DNA of 37,782 nt. Source: a bacterium. Lineage in GTDB: Bacteria; SAR324; JACQKK01. Positions 34,660 through 37,782 of the stretch are shown here, piece by piece. The stretch spans positions 1-37,782 of the forward strand of contig JBGOUY010000002.1 in the NCBI GenBank assembly GCA_041477795.1, given 5' to 3'. The notes below the pieces were generated by a model. That model searched no databases. It was not told the origin of the DNA and saw only the letters and a list, made by a program, of their open reading frames with translations. A program made the position numbers and the translations under genes. Numbering within the stretch: the first letter of the stretch is position 1; every line of letters begins with the position of its first letter.

Positions 34660-37572
34660 ATGACCGTCTGGATCGTCTGCGCCGCCGCCTTCGGGGTCGC
34701 CTTCGTGCTGACCGGTCTGCTGGCCAATCCCCACTGGCCGCTGAACATCCTGGACTACCCGCAGACGCGCTCGCTCCACGAGACGCCCACGCCGCGCACG
34801 GGCGGGCTGGGGCTGCTGATCGGGCTGGCGCTCTCCGTGCTGACGGCGCTGTGGCTGGAGCTGCCGGTGCTCCGCGATCCGTACGTGGTCGGCGGGCTGG
34901 CGCTGGTGGCCGGCATCTCCGCCCTGGACGACATCCGCAGCCGGCCCGCCTGGTTGCGGCTCCTCGTCCACGCCGGCGCGGCGCTGCTGCTCATCGCGGG
35001 GGGCTACCAGATCGAGACGCTGGCCCTGCCGGGCGGCTGGGAGCTTCCGCTGGGCTCGGCCGGGCCGCTCATCACCGTCCTGTTCGTCGTGTGGATGGCG
35101 AACCTCTACAACTTCATGGACGGCATGGACGGCTTGGCGGGCGGCATGGGCGCGATCGGCTTCGGCGCCCTGGCGCTGCTGGGCGCCCTGGCCGGCCAGG
35201 CCGCCTTTGCCCTCAGCGCCGGGCTGGTCGCACTGACGTGCCTGGGCTTCCTGCTGCACAACTTCCACCCGGCCCGCATCTTCCTGGGCGATCTGGGAGC
35301 GATCTCGCTGGGCTACCTGGCCGCGGCATTCACGCTGGTGGGGCGGCGCGAAGGCCTCTTCGCCGAGTGGCTGCCCGTGCTGGTGTTCTCCGCGTTCGTG
35401 ATGGATGCCACCGTGACGCTGCTCAAGCGGCTGGCGCACGCGGAGAAGATCTGGCGCCCCCACCGCACGCACTACTTCCAGCGCCTGGTGCTGATGGGCT
35501 GGAGCCAGCGCCGCACCGCGCTGGCGTACTACAGCGTGATGCTGCTCTGCAGCGCCACGGCCGTGGCCCTGGTGCGGCTCGGCCGGCCCGCCGCCGATGC
35601 TGCGGCAGTGGTGGCGTGGTGCCTCGTCTATGCGCTGCTCGCCTTCCAGATCGAGCGGCTGGAGCGCCTGGAGCCGCTGCCGCTCTGGCGCGGCCTGCTG
35701 GCCCGGCTGAACGGGCGCGCGCTGGTGCTGGCGCACGACGTGGCCTGGGTGCCGCTCGCCGTCTACATCGCCTATGCCCAGCGCTACAACTACCTGCCGC
35801 CGCTGGACGACCCCGGCATGCTGTGGATGATGGCGGTGACCGTGCCGGTCTTCGGCGTCGTCTTCTGGACGCTCGGCCTGCACCGCGACATCTGGCCCAA
35901 GCTGTCCTTCGCCGACCTGTTCAAGCTGGTGCGGGCGCTCATGCTGGGGCTGGGGGTCAGCGGGCTGCTGCTGTTCATGCTGACCCGCTTCGAGGGCGTG
36001 CCGCGCTCGGTGTTCGTGATGTTTCCGGTGGTGCTGGGGCTGGGGCTGATCTGGCCGCGCTCGCTGTACCGCTGGCGCGCGGACCAGCGCAGCGGCCCCT
36101 CCTTTGCCGACCGCACGCGCGTGATGATCGTGGGGGCGACGGGCCCGGGCGACCAGCTCACCAGCGAGCTGCTGCGCGGCAGTCCCTACCTGCCCGTGGC
36201 CCTGCTGGATTCCGACCCGCGCCTCAAGGGGCGCTCGCTGCACGGGGTGCGCGTGGTGGGCGACCTGGGCCAGGCCGGGCACGTGCTGCGCACGCGGGGC
36301 GTGCAGATGGCCGTGCTGGCCGCGCCCCAGGCCACGCGCCAGGAGATCGGCCAGCTCGTGGCGGCCTGCGCGGCGGCGCACGTGCCCGTGCGCATCCTGC
36401 ACTTCCCCGAGGCGGGCGCGCAGGGGGCCGCGCCGCAGCCCGCGCTGCGCCCGGTGACGCTGGCGGATCTGCTGCGCCCCGCGGCGGCCGGCCAGGACCC
36501 GCGGCCGGTCGTGCAGGCCCTGCGCGAGCAGCGCGTGCTCGTCACCGGCGCCGGCGGCGCCGCCGGCGGAGAGCTGGCGCACCAGATCGCCGCGGCCGGC
36601 CCGGCCAGCCTGATCGTGCTCGATCACGACGAGCACGGCCTGCAGGCCCTCAAGACCGCCCTGGAGACGGCCTACCCGCAGCTCCCCGTGCACGCGGTGC
36701 TGGGGGACGTCAACCTGGGCCACAGCGTGGACGAGGTGTTCCGGCGCCTGCGGCCGCAGATCGTGTTCCATGCCGCCGCCTACTCCCACGCGCCGCTGCT
36801 GGAGAGCAATCCGTTGCAGGCGCTGCAGGCCAACGTCTTCGGCACGCGCGAGGTGGCGCTGGCGGCCGATCGGCACGGCGCCGCCAGCATGGTGCTGCTC
36901 TCCACCGACAAGGCGGCGCACCCGGTCAACGTGATGGGCGCCAGCAAGCGCCTGGCCGAGCGCGTCTGCCAGAGCCTGGACGCCCGCTCCAAGACGCGCT
37001 TCATCGCCTTCCGGCTGGGCAGCGCGCTGGGCGCGCTGGGCTCCATCGTGCCGCAGATCGAGGCGCAGATCGCCCGCGGCGGCCCCGTCACGGTGTCGCA
37101 CCCGGAGGCGAGCCGCGCCTTCCTGCCCCTGCCCGAGCTGGTGCGGCTGGTGCTGCACGCCTTCGCCCTGGGCGAGGGCGGCGAGGTGTTCCTGGCGGAG
37201 ATGGGGCCGCCGGTCACGCTCAAGGAGCTGGCGGAGGACATGATCCGCCTGGCCGGCCGGCTGCCCGGCACGGACATCCCCATCGTCTACACCGGCCTCG
37301 CCCCCGGGGAGCTGCTGCGCGAGGAACCCTCGACCGCCCGCGGCGAGCTCACGCCCACGGCCCATCCGGCCATCCTGCGCGCGGCGCAGCAGCGGCTGGA
37401 CTGGAGCTGGCTGGATGCGGAGCTGGAGGTGCTGCGGCAGGCCATCACGCGCGGCGACAGCGCGGCGGCGCTCGCGCAGCTACAGCGGCTCGTGCCCGAG
37501 TTCACGCCCACCCGCAGCGAGCCGGGCCAGGACGACGACGCGCGCCCGCCGCGCCTGCACGTGGTCAAGTAG
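34660..37572 (+). CDS. Single-ORF fusion of a GT4 polyprenyl-phosphate HexNAc-1-P transferase (WecA/WbpL-like, about aa 1-335) and a WbpM/CapD-like membrane-anchored NDP-sugar 4,6-dehydratase (about aa 340-970)
   Basis: The GT4 part has NLYNFMDGMDGLAGG and FLGDLGAISLGY. The second part has four TM segments, IVGATGPGDQL, VLVTGAGGAAGGEL and LLSTDKAAHPVNVMGASKRLAE. There is no in-frame stop between the parts. Confidence 0.8.
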   Translation: MTVWIVCAAAFGVAFVLTGLLANPHWPLNILDYPQTRSLHETPTPRTGGLGLLIGLALSVLTALWLELPVLRDPYVVGGLALVAGISALDDIRSRPAWLRLLVHAGAALLLIAGGYQIETLALPGGWELPLGSAGPLITVLFVVWMANLYNFMDGMDGLAGGMGAIGFGALALLGALAGQAAFALSAGLVALTCLGFLLHNFHPARIFLGDLGAISLGYLAAAFTLVGRREGLFAEWLPVLVFSAFVMDATVTLLKRLAHAEKIWRPHRTHYFQRLVLMGWSQRRTALAYYSVMLLCSATAVALVRLGRPAADAAAVVAWCLVYALLAFQIERLERLEPLPLWRGLLARLNGRALVLAHDVAWVPLAVYIAYAQRYNYLPPLDDPGMLWMMAVTVPVFGVVFWTLGLHRDIWPKLSFADLFKLVRALMLGLGVSGLLLFMLTRFEGVPRSVFVMFPVVLGLGLIWPRSLYRWRADQRSGPSFADRTRVMIVGATGPGDQLTSELLRGSPYLPVALLDSDPRLKGRSLHGVRVVGDLGQAGHVLRTRGVQMAVLAAPQATRQEIGQLVAACAAAHVPVRILHFPEAGAQGAAPQPALRPVTLADLLRPAAAGQDPRPVVQALREQRVLVTGAGGAAGGELAHQIAAAGPASLIVLDHDEHGLQALKTALETAYPQLPVHAVLGDVNLGHSVDEVFRRLRPQIVFHAAAYSHAPLLESNPLQALQANVFGTREVALAADRHGAASMVLLSTDKAAHPVNVMGASKRLAERVCQSLDARSKTRFIAFRLGSALGALGSIVPQIEAQIARGGPVTVSHPEASRAFLPLPELVRLVLHAFALGEGGEVFLAEMGPPVTLKELAEDMIRLAGRLPGTDIPIVYTGLAPGELLREEPSTARGELTPTAHPAILRAAQQRLDWSWLDAELEVLRQAITRGDSAAALAQLQRLVPEFTPTRSEPGQDDDARPPRLHVVK

Positions 37573-37608
37573 GACGCCGCTTCAAGCGGCACCCGCGCCG
37601 CCCGTGCG

Positions 37609-37782
37609 TCAGGAGAGCACGGCAATGCGCTTGCGGCGGATCAGATCGAAGTCGATCGCCGCGCCCAGACCCGGCCCCTGGGGCGCGTGCACCAGCCCCG
37701 CGTCGTCCACGGCGATGTCCGCTTCCAGGCCGTACTTCTGCGCCTCGTCCGGCAGCAGCACCTCGAAGAACTCGCAGTTGCG
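37609..37782 (-). CDS. C-terminal fragment of an enolase-superfamily (mandelate racemase/muconate-lactonizing-like) protein, partial at the window edge
   Basis: The minus-strand frame reads ...RNCEFFEVLLPDEAQKYGLEADIAVDDAGLVHAPQGPGLGAAIDFDLIRRKRIAVLS*. The PGLG..IDxDLI ending is typical of the family. Only 57 aa are visible. Confidence 0.5.
   Translation of the reverse strand, partial: RNCEFFEVLLPDEAQKYGLEADIAVDDAGLVHAPQGPGLGAAIDFDLIRRKRIAVLS

Noticed and set aside
35640-35720. The GT4 and CapD parts could be two separate genes rather than a fusion.
   Set aside because: There is no in-frame stop codon anywhere between 34660 and 37572. No ATG or GTG with an SD lies at the domain boundary. 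The region is therefore called as a fusion, subject to read-level verification.

Overview
This is a 37.8 kb, roughly 70% GC bacterial chromosomal segment. I call 33 protein-coding genes, two of them truncated at the window edges. I see no rRNA, tRNA, CRISPR array, transposase, integrase or recognisable defence genes. Most genes are housekeeping or metabolic: nuoA/nuoB start, a YdiJ-like FAD/Fe-S dehydrogenase, two thiolases, a crotonase, a nitronate-monooxygenase-family gene followed by moaC, serS, leuB, a class-III aminotransferase and EthD. The most interesting block is 17.5-26.7 kb, a TetR-linked coenzyme-B12 acyl-CoA mutase locus. It holds a translationally coupled MeaB / PaaI-type thioesterase / PhtD-like trio, a divergently inserted thiolase plus GNAT, then mutase large subunit, B12-binding small subunit and 3-hydroxyacyl-CoA dehydrogenase. 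The large subunit keeps the family motifs in its C-terminal half but is non-canonical where characterised mutases hold their substrate-specificity residues. Two near-identical palindromes (ACCGAAC-N4-GTTCGGT) sit just downstream of good -35/-10 pairs in front of the thiolase and the mutase, which suggests one repressor controls both. Other notable items are listed below.
- A 277-nt array of six near-perfect hairpins separates the two mutase subunits.
- A lower-GC structured leader of about 270 nt precedes the NMO-moaC pair.
- An overlapping pair of exported proteins (CsgG/LpoB-like+PEGA, and FN3+7-blade RCC1) lies next to a DUF5939 class-III nucleotide cyclase.
- An end-to-end fusion joins a WecA/WbpL-like GT4 phosphotransferase to a WbpM/CapD-like dehydratase.
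- An unrecognisable 237-aa protein is paired with a DUF2203 protein.
- GC-rich hairpin and repeat elements fill several intergenic regions.
All functional calls rest on motif recognition in the supplied translations. No database search was possible.
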